A stretch of DNA of 62,428 bases, the filler included, from Choristocarpus tenellus KU-1152 (lineage: Eukaryota; Protista; Phaeophyceae): the NCBI GenBank assembly GCA_964200185.2. It is 12 parts of 12 records of this genome, joined end to end, with 100 filler letters (N's around TTAATTAATTAA, not from the genome) between each part and the next. Parts side by side here need not be neighbours in the genome. Positions count along the whole stretch, not along the records: positions 1 to 13,381 come from CAXNAD020001508.1; positions 13,482 to 16,759 come from CAXNAD020021086.1; positions 16,860 to 20,421 come from CAXNAD020019247.1; positions 20,522 to 23,976 come from CAXNAD020019919.1; 8 more parts are not named here. One strand, written 5' to 3'. Positions 13,060 through 23,976 of the stretch are shown here, piece after piece. Within the stretch, counting starts at the first letter, position 1. Each line of letters begins with the position of its first letter. The notes beneath the pieces were generated by a model. That model saw only the letters and a list, made by a program, of their open reading frames with translations. It did no database searches and had not been told where the DNA came from. A program made the position numbers and the translations under genes.

Positions 13060-13362
13060 TGTACAGTCAATTTAAGATAGGTGATCAAGTCACAATCAGG
13101 AAGAATCAATTAGCATAGAAGTTAGTGAGCAGATATTACTACAACTAGTGCACCTTCAATGCTTTCTTCTGCTACAGAATATATTTGGGGTTTACTTATA
13201 TTGGGAACGTAGTTCAGAAGAAAGGCTGCTATGACTGTATCTTAAATTGTTAGAGAATAGATCAACCATTGTATGAAGCCACAAAATTCAGGATACAACC
13301 AGCAATCTCTATTAATAGTAACGCTATGTGAAGAACCTTGTTTCCTAATGAAGTACAAATGG

Positions 13363-13544
13363 GGGTCAAAGTATCTGGGGGNNNNNNNNNNNNNNNNNNN
13401 NNNNNNNNNNNNNNNNNNNNNNNNNTTAATTAATTAANNNNNNNNNNNNNNNNNNNNNNNNNNNNNNNNNNNNNNNNNNNNCGACATGAAAAATTTGACC
13501 CAAAATGGACAGCCGCCCCCCCCCCCCCCCAGATACTCTGAGCC
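13363..13544 (+). mobile_element. MITE family B fragments at two contig ends
   Basis: Left TIR GGGTCAAAGTATCTGGGGG at 13363-13381, and a right portion ending CCCAGATACTCTGAGCC at 13482-13544, separated by the artificial spacer. Confidence 0.75.
13382..13481. other. Artificial contig-joining spacer (first of 11)
   Basis: 44 N + TTAATTAATTAA (stops in all six frames) + 44 N. Identical spacers start at 16760, 20422, 23977, 29720, 32526, 37412, 42342, 46200, 49192 and 55850. A separate 10-N gap lies at 41853-41862. Confidence 0.97.
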
Positions 13545-14964
13545 TGATGCACTCACTCAAACCAATGCGCTGCAATGACAGTTTCATTTTCTTCCTGCAA
13601 TCATATCCACTTAAACATGAAAAACATACCCAGCCAACTCAATGTATCTTATGCAGCCAACTCGAGTATTAGACAGGACAAGTTAATTTCTTCAACACAC
13701 CAAAAGAGCTGTTAGGACAGACATATAATTTCTTTGCCAAAACTGCTTACACCTATTTAAAATAGCATCCAACCATCTCGCAAGATGTGTGTTCGATTCT
13801 CTGTGTTATGTTTCCCTCCAATAAATGAATGCGTATGATGACTTTACCCTTTCCAAAGCCCAGGACAAAGTCTCTACGCTCCTTTCCTCCACATACTCAA
13901 TACAAGAACTTTCCTCAGCATTATTGGTAGTGGAAATGTCGAGGATACAGCAAGTGAGGATTGGTATGTAGTCAAGGTTCAGACCTCTAAAGTCAAACGT
14001 TTGATGCAAATTCCTTGCACAGAGGGCGAGGATCCCTTATCGACAACTTTGCGTGAGCAGACGATATCGTAAGTCAAAACAAGCGTCCTCGCCTCATTTT
14101 TTTTGTAGGACCGTCCAAGTTATTGCGCTTCCTTTATACGCCCTGAGAAGGACGCTTGCGAACATTGACAGTGTTCCGCCGAGAAATCGTTACCCCCACC
14201 TCATTTTCCGAGGGACCTAATCGATACATGGCTGACCTACCTGAAATTGGCCAACTCCGTAATCATAACTCCACATCAATTCAACAAGCCAAAAATCTAT
14301 GCCGACACCTGAACCACCATGTTCCTTCTTCGTATCTTACAAAACCCCCCTATTTTCAACCATTTATTTGGTGTTTCTACTGATCCAGCAAACTAGGTTA
14401 AATTTATTTATTTTTTTGACACACACTTGGCAATAAAGATGCACGTGACGGGATGACATGTACATGTTCTTGCGTACTGGTCAAACTCTTGTCCGTACCA
14501 ACCGGGTAAGGAAGACAGCCGCTCCACTGCACAAGAAATCTCCATCGATACGTTATTGCGCCCACTTTATTCGCTTTGCCGACTTGTCTTTCGCCACGTT
14601 TCCTTCTTAGTGTGGCTTGTTGCTTCGAAACGAAAATAATCCCCCAATTACCAAGACACGCCCCGCAACCCCCTAATCACCCTCTGGTCCTAAACCTAGA
14701 TGTCCACTTAAATAAGTCGATCAGATCAAAACTTATCTGAAAAAAATAATCTGAGACTTCGATTTGTTGGGGAGTTGTGTGAAACCCATCAATTTTCTGA
14801 ATACCTCGGTGCAACACAATGTGTACCATGTGGCCATGCTACACCATAGAGTAGCTCGTCAACGCTACTTAGTTACTGGGAACTCTCTTGCTGAGCTGAG
14901 AATATCTTCCTAACGTACTTCACGTCCTGCTCCAGGTCGTATCACCGTCCCAAGTCGAGCAAAG

Positions 14965-16354
14965 ATGGCCCCCCGCGCTATCCTGGCTGTAGCCCTGTGG
15001 GTGCTGGGCGGGGTCATGCCATCTGTTGCTTTCATGCCATCAGGCCCACTGGCTTTGTCGGTGGTAACTAAGCCCGATATTGACACCGCTGCTTTTTCGG
15101 AGCAGGTTCGTCCTCTTTTGCTGATTGCGTATTTCTCCTGCACGGTATTAAAAGGGGAATTTCTGTTCAATTTGAAAGCTGGTAGACCAAATTACCTTGA
15201 TAGCGTTTGATATGATCTGATCTGCCACTCTGTTTATCATCACGCATTCTGCTCTGCGGTATGCAGTGTGGGATCTGCTTGAATCATTATCTCTACCCCG
15301 ACCCCCCCTCGAATCGGTTACTGCCTTGATCGTTCAGGTTCAAATCGTGGGTACGGTTGTCGGCGATGCACTTCCCCAGCTTCCTTCAGTTGTTGCGGAG
15401 ACTGTAAAACAGCAGAAAGAAGAAGTCAAAGCTACAATGGCAGCACAACGTGCCGACCTATCCCAGAAGGTGGCATCCGCGGGTGAAATTGTCAAGGGTA
15501 AGGCCACTTCCTCTGTCACTGGCTACGTGGATGAGGTGAAGGGTTACTGGACGGTGGGACGGGGCTCGGAAATCCTGAAGGAGTTCGACGAACTCCAGTC
15601 CAAGGTAAAGACCACCGAGGCCCCGGACCCTACTGCTGTCATTCAAGACCAGGTCTCGTCCCTTGCAGGGGTTGTGAGCGAGGCACCTGATGCCATCAAG
15701 TCTACCCTCGAATCCACCACCACGGAGTACTTCACCTCAGGAAAGGGGCGCGAGATTGTCGACCAGGTCGAGGGGATTGGGAAGTCGATCACGGTTGAGG
15801 CGCCTGAAACTATCAAGGGATGGTGGAGTGAGGGGCGGGGGAAGGAGATCCGCGAGCAGGTGGCGGGGTCAATTGCGCCGGAGACAATCCAGAAGAAAGT
15901 GGTTGAGGCTGCTAGTCAGGCTGGTGAAGTCGTGGAAACTATCCAGGCTCCCATTGTGAAACAGGTCGGGTGCAAATTTGGTGTCGTATTGAAATAGGAA
16001 GTGAGGCAAAGCGGACTAGCAGAACCGGAAGTGTAGAAGTGGAGGGCAGGACAGTTTGTTCCCTCTTCAATAGCGGGTGAGGATTTCAATGTTTTATTCA
16101 AGGGGTGAATACTCTTCATCTCATAAGAGCAGATGTTCTACTCCTCATTTATTCCACAACATATTGTTCCTGCCCCCATGTTAATTTCTCTTGGGTTCCT
16201 CCCTCACTCCCACCTTTCCCCATCCTCCAACCTCTCTCTCCCTCACACTTTCCTCATTTTTACATGCATGGATGGTCCAACCGCCTAACAATAGGTGGAA
16301 CTGGCGTCAAAGGCCCCCCCTGCAAAGAAGTTTGTTAAGAAGGAAGCCCCTAAG
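14965..16354 (+). CDS. Plastid-targeted protein of unknown function with internal repeats (3' end missing)
   Basis: Phase-0 exons 14965-15105, 15338-15964 and 16295-16354 with GT-AG sites. The hydrophobic signal peptide ends SVA-FMP, resembling the ASAFAP motif. Three [YW][WF]xxG[RK]GxEI motifs. Confidence 0.8.
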
Positions 16355-17287
16355 GTGAGAGCGGCCCATCTCTGACAAAATGGACCATCAGCAACAGCTG
16401 TATCAACCGAGGCAATGATAGTCTTTGGTTTAGGTTCGTTGTTAGCCTTTGGATCACTTGGTCGTTGGGGCTTCCATTTTGGGTACAGGAGTATCACCAG
16501 CTGGTATATCTCTCCGTCTTTATGTAAAATCTAATGTGTACGCCTACAGCAGTAATAGGAAGTGCTTTGAACGCTTATCGAGAAATTTTGATGAACTCTT
16601 CCACTTCAGTAATTTATACAAAATTTTATTGAATGAAACAAAGCGCTTTTTATTATCTCATCTCTCAGGGCATTTTCAAATACGCCTTTCTTGCTTGTAA
16701 GACGTTTAAAAAAAAAAAATCTGCTCTACTTTTTGAGAACCTGAAATCGACAAAAGATTNNNNNNNNNNNNNNNNNNNNNNNNNNNNNNNNNNNNNNNNN
16801 NNNTTAATTAATTAANNNNNNNNNNNNNNNNNNNNNNNNNNNNNNNNNNNNNNNNNNNNCCCCCCCTTTCACTCCAGATACTCTTAGCCATAACATCACA
16901 ACACACTAACATCACACACACCCCACACCAGACAATCACAATAAAGCCTATCACACACACACACACACACATGGTACATCATAAAAAAAGTAGAAAGGGA
17001 ACAAAGGAAGGCACTGGACAAGAAACAAAAAAAAATAATCAAATGAAGCATACCGATACATTTTTCACCGAATTGCAAAAAAAAGATACACCTTTTATTT
17101 GGCAAGCAATCTCAACCTGCACCTCTATTCGTAACACAAATTTCAAACATCATAACCCTAACCCTAACCCTAACCGCTGTCCCGACAAGCAAAGAAGCAG
17201 TTACTACAATCCCCCTGTTCCAACACAACAAGCGAATTTATTTTATTGTTGTCTTGGGGTTAGGGTTAGTATTTGAGCATCCTGCGC

Positions 17288-17330
<43 letters not shown>

Positions 17331-18495
17331 GTATACTTTATTAAGGTAAGGCATCTCCCAACAAAAGGAGATCCAACCCATCAGTCCACTTCAACCCAAT
17401 CAACCAAAATTCAATAGCTCCACTCCACTCTATTCCGCTCCAATCGAATCCCATTCACAGAGTCCAATCTCTCCACCTCTGTTGTCACCAATCAATGCAC
17501 CACACGCTCTCCTTTGCAAGCGCATTAATTAATCAATCCACAGATCAATACTCATGTTTCTACACATCCTACATCTACACACTATTAATATTTATTATTA
17601 TTTACCAATACACTCTACTACAAATACACACAGCCCTAAGAACTACTTAGTTTCTTTTTCTAAAAAACATACTTTTTCCTATACTCTAGTTACCCAATCA
17701 AACGAGAAAATACAGTTGAAAAAAACAATACAAAAAAATCTTCCTATAATTTTATTATTACATAGTTCTGGGGGAAGGCAATAAAATACCCAAACCTTTC
17801 CTCTACTTAAAAAAAAAATCAAACTCAAAACAAACTACAACTGAAGAGAAACAAGCCTCTCCCACTGGAACTTGTTTGGGGAATGAGTTTTATTTTCTTT
17901 TATCCTCTATATATTTTCTTCTTCTTTATCCTATATATAGTTACATTTTCTTTATTCGTTCCGTGTGTTCGGGGGGGGTTTTTGTCCTAGTTTTGAACAC
18001 GCTTTCGTGCGAAGAGTCTTGCATTCAAAATTTTCTTTATTATTATTATTATTATTATTATTGCAAAGAAAATTCCAACCAACGCCTACAAAACATTTCA
18101 GAACCATTTCTGCTTTCCAAAAACATTTTTCCCTTTCAATTAACCGCATTCGATTCTTTCATGTCAAAAATATGTTATCGTATTTGGTGTTATCTTTCTT
18201 TCATGTCACAGATTTGCTTTGAAACGAAGTTCTGAACGATTTGAATTTCAATTGCTAATTACTTTTACTTTCACTTTTACTTTTACTTTTTCTTTTTTTT
18301 TTACCCAGTGCGGTTCTGTTCATTTTTATTATTTTTATATCGTGTCTCTCAATCAAAAAGAACAAAAAAAAATCTCCCCAACAAATACCATTACATATTG
18401 TATTAGGTGAAGCTCCAACGCAGTATTTGCAGAAACGTTAAAAAAACTCTCCTTCGCTTAAAAATCTTACCGCCTCTATGTTTCTTTTCCAACGA

Positions 18496-18785
18496 CCCAA
18501 CGTATCTTTTAGAGGGTAAAGCCGCACCCGTTCGGGGACCAAAATCCAATGTTCCGATTCTGACGTAATTTCTGCTATCTTGTTCGTTAAGGAAGTGTCA
18601 ATTTCCTTTCTTTTTTCGGACAAGATAAAAAAAACTCTTCATAACGTGTAGCACACATTACCCACTCCAAAACATTTAGTTAGGAGTACAGATAAAATGA
18701 AAAAAAAAGAAAAGAACTGCGTTAAGCCAAGCCACAAATGGACATAAACAGGGCAAAACCTTTTACCCTGTTAAAAATATAAAAA
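18496..18785 (-). mobile_element. Decayed MITE family A copy
   Basis: GTATCTTTTAGAGGGTA...AAAATCCAATGTT...GGAAGTGTCAA...AAATGGACA..CAGGGCAAAA..TACCCT, with added homopolymer runs. Confidence 0.7.
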
Positions 18786-19180
18786 AGCACCAGTGATGAA
18801 ACGAGAGGTTCAAATTCAAACCGTTTTCAAACTCCACTTCAAGACATCCGTCCAACAACAGAGAAGAATCAATGCGGGTCTATTGACAAGGAAAAAAAAA
18901 AAATTAAACCAGAAAACGATGATTCTACAGCACTACGTGGAGTAGAGATCATCAGAATTTTCTTCAAAACATCTCACACAAAAATAAAATCAAAACTGAA
19001 AAAAAAAAAACATATGCGTACAAAACAAAAATAAAAATAAAAAAATCATTCCCAAAACACACAATTCCATAATATGCACCCTCCAAGCCGCTCACTCTAC
19101 TATGTAGCATATATATCATTAATATCATTAGTAATAATAATAGTAAATCAAGGCAAGAAAAAAAAAGAAAGTTCGCTGAC

Positions 19181-19278
19181 CTCATCATCTCCTCCTGGAT
19201 GGCCTGCTTGTCTTTTTCAGTCTGTGCCCCCTTCAACCGAGTGCAGTACAACACCTTAGCACGGTTCTTGAGGAGTAC
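19181..19278 (-). CDS. BRR2: Internal exon of U5 snRNP helicase BRR2/SNRNP200 (N-terminal region)
   Basis: CAG|...|GTCAGC exon encoding VLLKNRAKVLYCTRLKGAQTEKDKQAIQEEMM, matching the BRR2 pattern LLKNR..I.YCT.L..AQ..E...IEEEM. Confidence 0.75.
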
Positions 19279-19430
19279 CTGAGTTTATTTTTATTATTAT
19301 TTTGTAACTTTAATATCAGTAGTAGTAGTAGCAGTGCAACACCTTAGCATGGTTCTTGAGGACCTGAGTTTATTTTATCTTACTTTTTAATAGTAGCAGT
19401 AGTAGTAGTACAACATCTTAGCATGGTTCT
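19247..19430 (-). repeat. About 80-bp tandem duplication of the BRR2 acceptor and exon start (3 copies)
   Basis: CAACA(C/T)CTTAGCA(C/T)GGTTCT occurs near 19250, 19337 and 19411. The first two copies continue into CCTGAGTTTATTTT. Confidence 0.85.
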
Positions 19431-20966
19431 ATATATATATTATTAAAGTTTAGTTTAAACTATAAACTATTCTGTTTTTCGTGCACAGCAGTACCAAAAA
19501 ATGAAGTAACACATATAATTTAAATGAACTACTCAATACAAATGCTCCTTTCAAAAACAACAAAAAACTTGAGATAAAAAGAGAAAACTCGATCATTTTT
19601 TTGTGCTCACTGTTTTAAAATTCGTTTTTTGGTTCGTTGCACACAAAAAAAAAACAGTAAGAACTCTCAAGTACGTAAAATAATAAAAAATAAAAAAGAA
19701 CAAATCGTAACCGTAAGCAACAGTCAAATTAAAAAATTAAAAATGACCTCAAATGAGAAAAAAATATTAAATACTTTCATCTTGGTCGAGCGATCGATCC
19801 ACCTATCCATCCATCCATCCATCCATCCACCCATTCACCCACGTGCATAGCAGCACGTTGTTTTACATTTTCAAACAGTGCCGTCGATTTCTTTTTTTTT
19901 TCCAACCTTCACCAGAGGGGAAGGACTATAACAAATAATATCATTTTTTTTTGTAATATAGATTCATAGCACGGTATATACTATATATATACATACCGAC
20001 TCATCACCACCTATCAAACACAACCTTTCACAAGGATCTCACAAAAACAAAAATCCTTAAAATTGTAATTATTATTATGAAGTTACCCTCAAATCGCAGC
20101 AGGCCTCTTTATCACTACAAGAACCGACCCGGACGGAAAGGTGGCGTTTTAACATACACATCATACACACACCATACACATGTTTGTTTGTGTTTTTAAT
20201 TCCAGAAGTGCGAACCATCGCCTTAGAAATTTCGGTTCAAACGATGCCGAAAAGAGGAAATGTACAAAAAATGAAAAAATCCAAGAATATTAAGGAAAGT
20301 ACACACACAGTAACCCTAACCCTAACCCTAATATATGCTCTACAACACACTATTATAATACAGTTTCTCATCCTCATATGAAGCAAAACCCAATGAACGG
20401 GTTCAAAGTATCTTGGGGGGGNNNNNNNNNNNNNNNNNNNNNNNNNNNNNNNNNNNNNNNNNNNNTTAATTAATTAANNNNNNNNNNNNNNNNNNNNNNN
20501 NNNNNNNNNNNNNNNNNNNNNCCCCCCCCCTCCGCCACCATCCCTTTCCCACTCGTCGCCGGGATGTACCTAGCTCTTCAAATGCACAATCCCAATCAAA
20601 ACAGCACCCAAACATTTTTATTTTATTTTTTTAAACAACAAAACTCAAAAAAACAGAAAACGTGGAGACGCTATCAACTAAAAAACAAGGCTCACTTCAC
20701 CGGCTGCAAATATACACTATGTCGGGGTCATCCTTTCACTGGCGTTAGTTACCCTTCGACTCCACTGTAGTACACTCTGGGAATCACATTAAAAAAAATA
20801 ATAAAAAAATAAAAAAATGGACCATTCGCCCAACGTCAACAAAATCGGAACGTAAACGCCACCCCCGCTATCAATACCGTAACAAACCCAATCTACCACG
20901 TTTGTAAGAACACACCAACAGGGAGGAGACGCTCCTCAAACAACCAACTAACCGATGGGATGCCTT

Positions 20967-20993
20967 CCCTAACCCTAACCCTAACCCTAACCC
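20967..20993. repeat. Interstitial telomere-type (CCCTAA)n array, one of several
   Basis: Four to five CCCTAA units. Similar arrays at 17153-17175, 20311-20331, 43662-43676, 43819-43830, 44744-44766, 47596-47613 and 50490-50517. Confidence 0.8.
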
Positions 20994-21703
20994 CACCTCA
21001 ATCTCTTCCCCGTGTATAGGCCGAAAGAGCGCTACGGGGCAGGGCAAGGAGCGCTCCGGGGTTACTGATAGGGCTAATGGATGGCGTTTTTGGTCCCCTC
21101 TATGTACAGTGAAGTCATGAAGTCACCTCATCACTTTCGAGGGATACTACAAAATGTACTTCAAAGCAGCAGCAGCTGACAGGCAGAGTCACTGCACGAT
21201 GCGCAGTTCCGTCTCTTGGGTGATGTTGAACTTGGATGCGATCTTGATAGCACTAAAACACTGTAAGTAGGTCCAAAGAGGATAAGAGATTCAATGAACA
21301 TGGTGCATACTCGAAAAGAGGGGATAAATAACGCCTTCTTTTTTTTCCCCCCCATCAACTAATCATTGTGCAGGCCTTCGGTGGGAAAAAGCATGCCAAG
21401 ATCGAGAATCCAATCCGTCAATGGAGCAGAAGGCCGACAAAAAACGGCAGGGAAAAAACACGAACCTCGATTCCTTCTTGCAATCAAGTGCCTGTACAGT
21501 GCGCCAATATGCTATCTTCTCAACCGATTAAGACAAACCAACCGTACATGGCAATATTTCACAATACAGTAGATTTTGTTGTGTTGAAAGTTGTACAAGA
21601 ATTCCGAACTACATGGTGAATATGCTCATACTATGCAGTAGTACACGCCCCAAAACCAGGCCCACCTTGAATATTGTACGCTTGGGACCATGATATCCTT
21701 AAC

Positions 21704-23122
21704 CTAAGTCAAGAGAGGGTTTCGACCACTGCCCAAGATCAGCTGCTTCAGTCCCTCCGGCCAAGCAATCCCATCCAATCTTTGATAGAACCCATCTCCA
21801 AAGGACAGTCGTTCCAATCCAACAGGCCAAAACACCTTATCCACGGGCTGATTGAAGCCATGACCGAACGCCAGTTGCTTCAGTCCCTTCGGCCACACAA
21901 CATGGTCTAGCCTCTGATTGAAGTATGCCCCAAATGTCAGTTGTTCCAGACCTTCGGGCCATGTTGTGCCAACAATAGGATGATTGAAACTTAACCCAAA
22001 TCTCAGCTGCTTCAGTCCCTCCGGCCATGTGACGAGGTCCACGGGTTGGTTAAAGCCATGCTGGAATGTTAGCTCCTGCAACCCATCTGGCCACACCACA
22101 CTGACAATAGGTTGATTAAAGCCAAGCCCGAGTGTTATACTCTTAAGTCCCTCAGGCCACAATACCCTGTCTAGGGGTTGATTGAATCCTCCCTGGAATG
22201 TCAGCTTCTCCAGTCTCTCTGGCCACACCACGCTGTCTACTGGTTGGTTGAACCTATCCCCAAATGTCAGCTCTTGCAGGCCCTTGGGCCATAACACATC
22301 ATCTACTTGCTGGTTGAAGCAGCCTCCAAATTTTAGCTGCGTTAACCCCTCGGGCCATCTCACCCCACCCAAAGGTTGATTGAACTGTCCAGTGCGGCCT
22401 CCTAACGTCAGCTGCTTCAACCCTTCTGACCAGACCACTCCATTTAGGGGTTGATTGAACAACCACCCCAACGTAAGCTTTGCGAGGCACCTAGGCAAAA
22501 CAACACCATTCATAGGCTGGTTGAACTTTGTACCGAACGTTAGGTGCTTTAGTCTGGCTGGCCATTCAACCTGGATCACAGGCTGGTCGAACTCTTCCCC
22601 GAATGTCAACTGCTCTAAATTTGTTGGCCACTCCACACCGTCCACCCGCTGGTTGAAGTTCCAGCCGAAAGTAAGGACCTTGAGTCCCTCAGGCCACACT
22701 ATCTGTGGCACTCCGTAGAAACACCATCCGGATCTGGAACACAATCGCCCACGCAGTGTCCGCCGTCGAGGAAGACGCTCATTGAATCCTCTCCCAAAGG
22801 TCCAGCGCTCAATGCCATGCGGCCAAACACGCTTCCTCAAAAGATCTTTAACAGGTAGTTCCCACGTCACGTGATTGACACGCAAAGGTGGTACCCGGCC
22901 ACAGGAGGTGTCGTTCACCTGTTTTGCACCTGCTGTATCACCCCGACCAATCCACAGCTTTGATCCTTGCTTACAGAAAGAGATATCGACAGACATTACA
23001 TTACGACATTCGCAGCACAACTCGAAACATGCTTCCTGCAGAGACTTGACCTCAAGCTTCCCGGCCCAACCTGCGCTAATGAACACTCGAAGGGGGTCTA
23101 GGGACGTTACCCTTTCTGTCAT
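21704..23122 (-). CDS. Intronless FNIP-repeat (22-aa LRR-like) protein
   Basis: Uninterrupted ORF, open to 23233 with the first ATG at 23122. About 16 repeats of WPxGLxxLTFGxxFNQPxxxVx. Confidence 0.9.
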   Translation of the reverse strand: MTERVTSLDPLRVFISAGWAGKLEVKSLQEACFELCCECRNVMSVDISFCKQGSKLWIGRGDTAGAKQVNDTSCGRVPPLRVNHVTWELPVKDLLRKRVWPHGIERWTFGRGFNERLPRRRTLRGRLCSRSGWCFYGVPQIVWPEGLKVLTFGWNFNQRVDGVEWPTNLEQLTFGEEFDQPVIQVEWPARLKHLTFGTKFNQPMNGVVLPRCLAKLTLGWLFNQPLNGVVWSEGLKQLTLGGRTGQFNQPLGGVRWPEGLTQLKFGGCFNQQVDDVLWPKGLQELTFGDRFNQPVDSVVWPERLEKLTFQGGFNQPLDRVLWPEGLKSITLGLGFNQPIVSVVWPDGLQELTFQHGFNQPVDLVTWPEGLKQLRFGLSFNHPIVGTTWPEGLEQLTFGAYFNQRLDHVVWPKGLKQLAFGHGFNQPVDKVFWPVGLERLSFGDGFYQRLDGIAWPEGLKQLILGSGRNPLLT

Positions 23123-23810
23123 GTTCAAGACCCTGGATAATATGGATCTACTATGATGATACCTATCTTTCACATTGCATGGAGGGAGATGTGCGTGATC
23201 TGCGCGCAATAAGAACCCAATACTGAAATCCAAAAAAAAGTTCGATTCCTATCATGACAAGCAACCACCTACCCTCCCATGTATCATTGATGTAATGGAG
23301 GCATAAACTACCCATGGTGTCGTTCTTACTGTTCCATCAGTAATGTTGGAGCGATTTCAGAAGATTTGTGGATGAATGTTACAGAAATTGATCAGAGTTG
23401 TTGTGGACATCGTGGACATGAACATAATGCAAAGATCACATCACCAAAAGATTGTAAGTGCTGGACATTTCAAATTATCCATTCATTGTGTCACTCCCCT
23501 TCAACCTACCTGAAGGCAATTTTTCTTCCTGACAATATTTTCTATGGAATGGTTGGTCCCTAATGTGATGTACTTATATTATGTCCTGAGATGAGCCCGA
23601 CCAAAAATAATGCTTCCATTAGTTGGAAGTTCCCCGTTGAGGGTCGAGGCTATTATTATTATACTCACTCACAGACCCCACACTTTAATAAACATGAAAA
23701 GCAAACGATTTGGTAAGGTTTTATCCCTCTGAGCAGGTTGCTGGCATAAACCCCCCCTGGCATGACCAAAATCTGTCCTATGCCATTCCTGGTAGTGCTG
23801 GTAGAGAGTA

Positions 23811-23976
23811 GGCTCAATGTGGGGGGGGGTGTCGGCTGTCCATTCGTAATACTTTTTTCCATGTCGCGATTTTGGGGTGATTTGGTTGCATGCATCGGAT
23901 GGATAATATAAGTGCACTTCTCCTGGTCAGGACTTGAATGGACACCCTGGTGGTGTAGATCCCCCACCCCCACCTC
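23811..23976 (-). mobile_element. MITE family B copy, reverse orientation, cut by the contig end
   Basis: GGCTCAA..poly-G..GGCTGTCCATT..ATGTCGCGATTTTGGGGTGATTTGGTTGCATGC..AAGTGCACTT..GACACCCTGG is the reverse complement of the 4497-4671 interior. Confidence 0.8.

Noticed and set aside
13363-13544. A single MITE spanning the spacer, implying true adjacency
   Set aside because: The flanks do not form a clean TSD, and many unrelated contigs also end in this family.
13806-14009. MULE-like transposase fragment (TTNNAEES)
   Set aside because: Too short to distinguish from chance.
17876-18410. Short ORFs with YYYY, LLLL, NNNN, TFTF or SLSL runs here and elsewhere, and antisense ORFs over the FNIP, copia and 51.6-53.4 kb frames
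   Set aside because: These are translations of microsatellites or shadows of real ORFs.
21017-21077. Hammerhead ribozyme-like segment (GGCC-GAAA-stem...CTGATAG)
   Set aside because: It lacks the UH cleavage site, stem I and an intact CUGANGA core.
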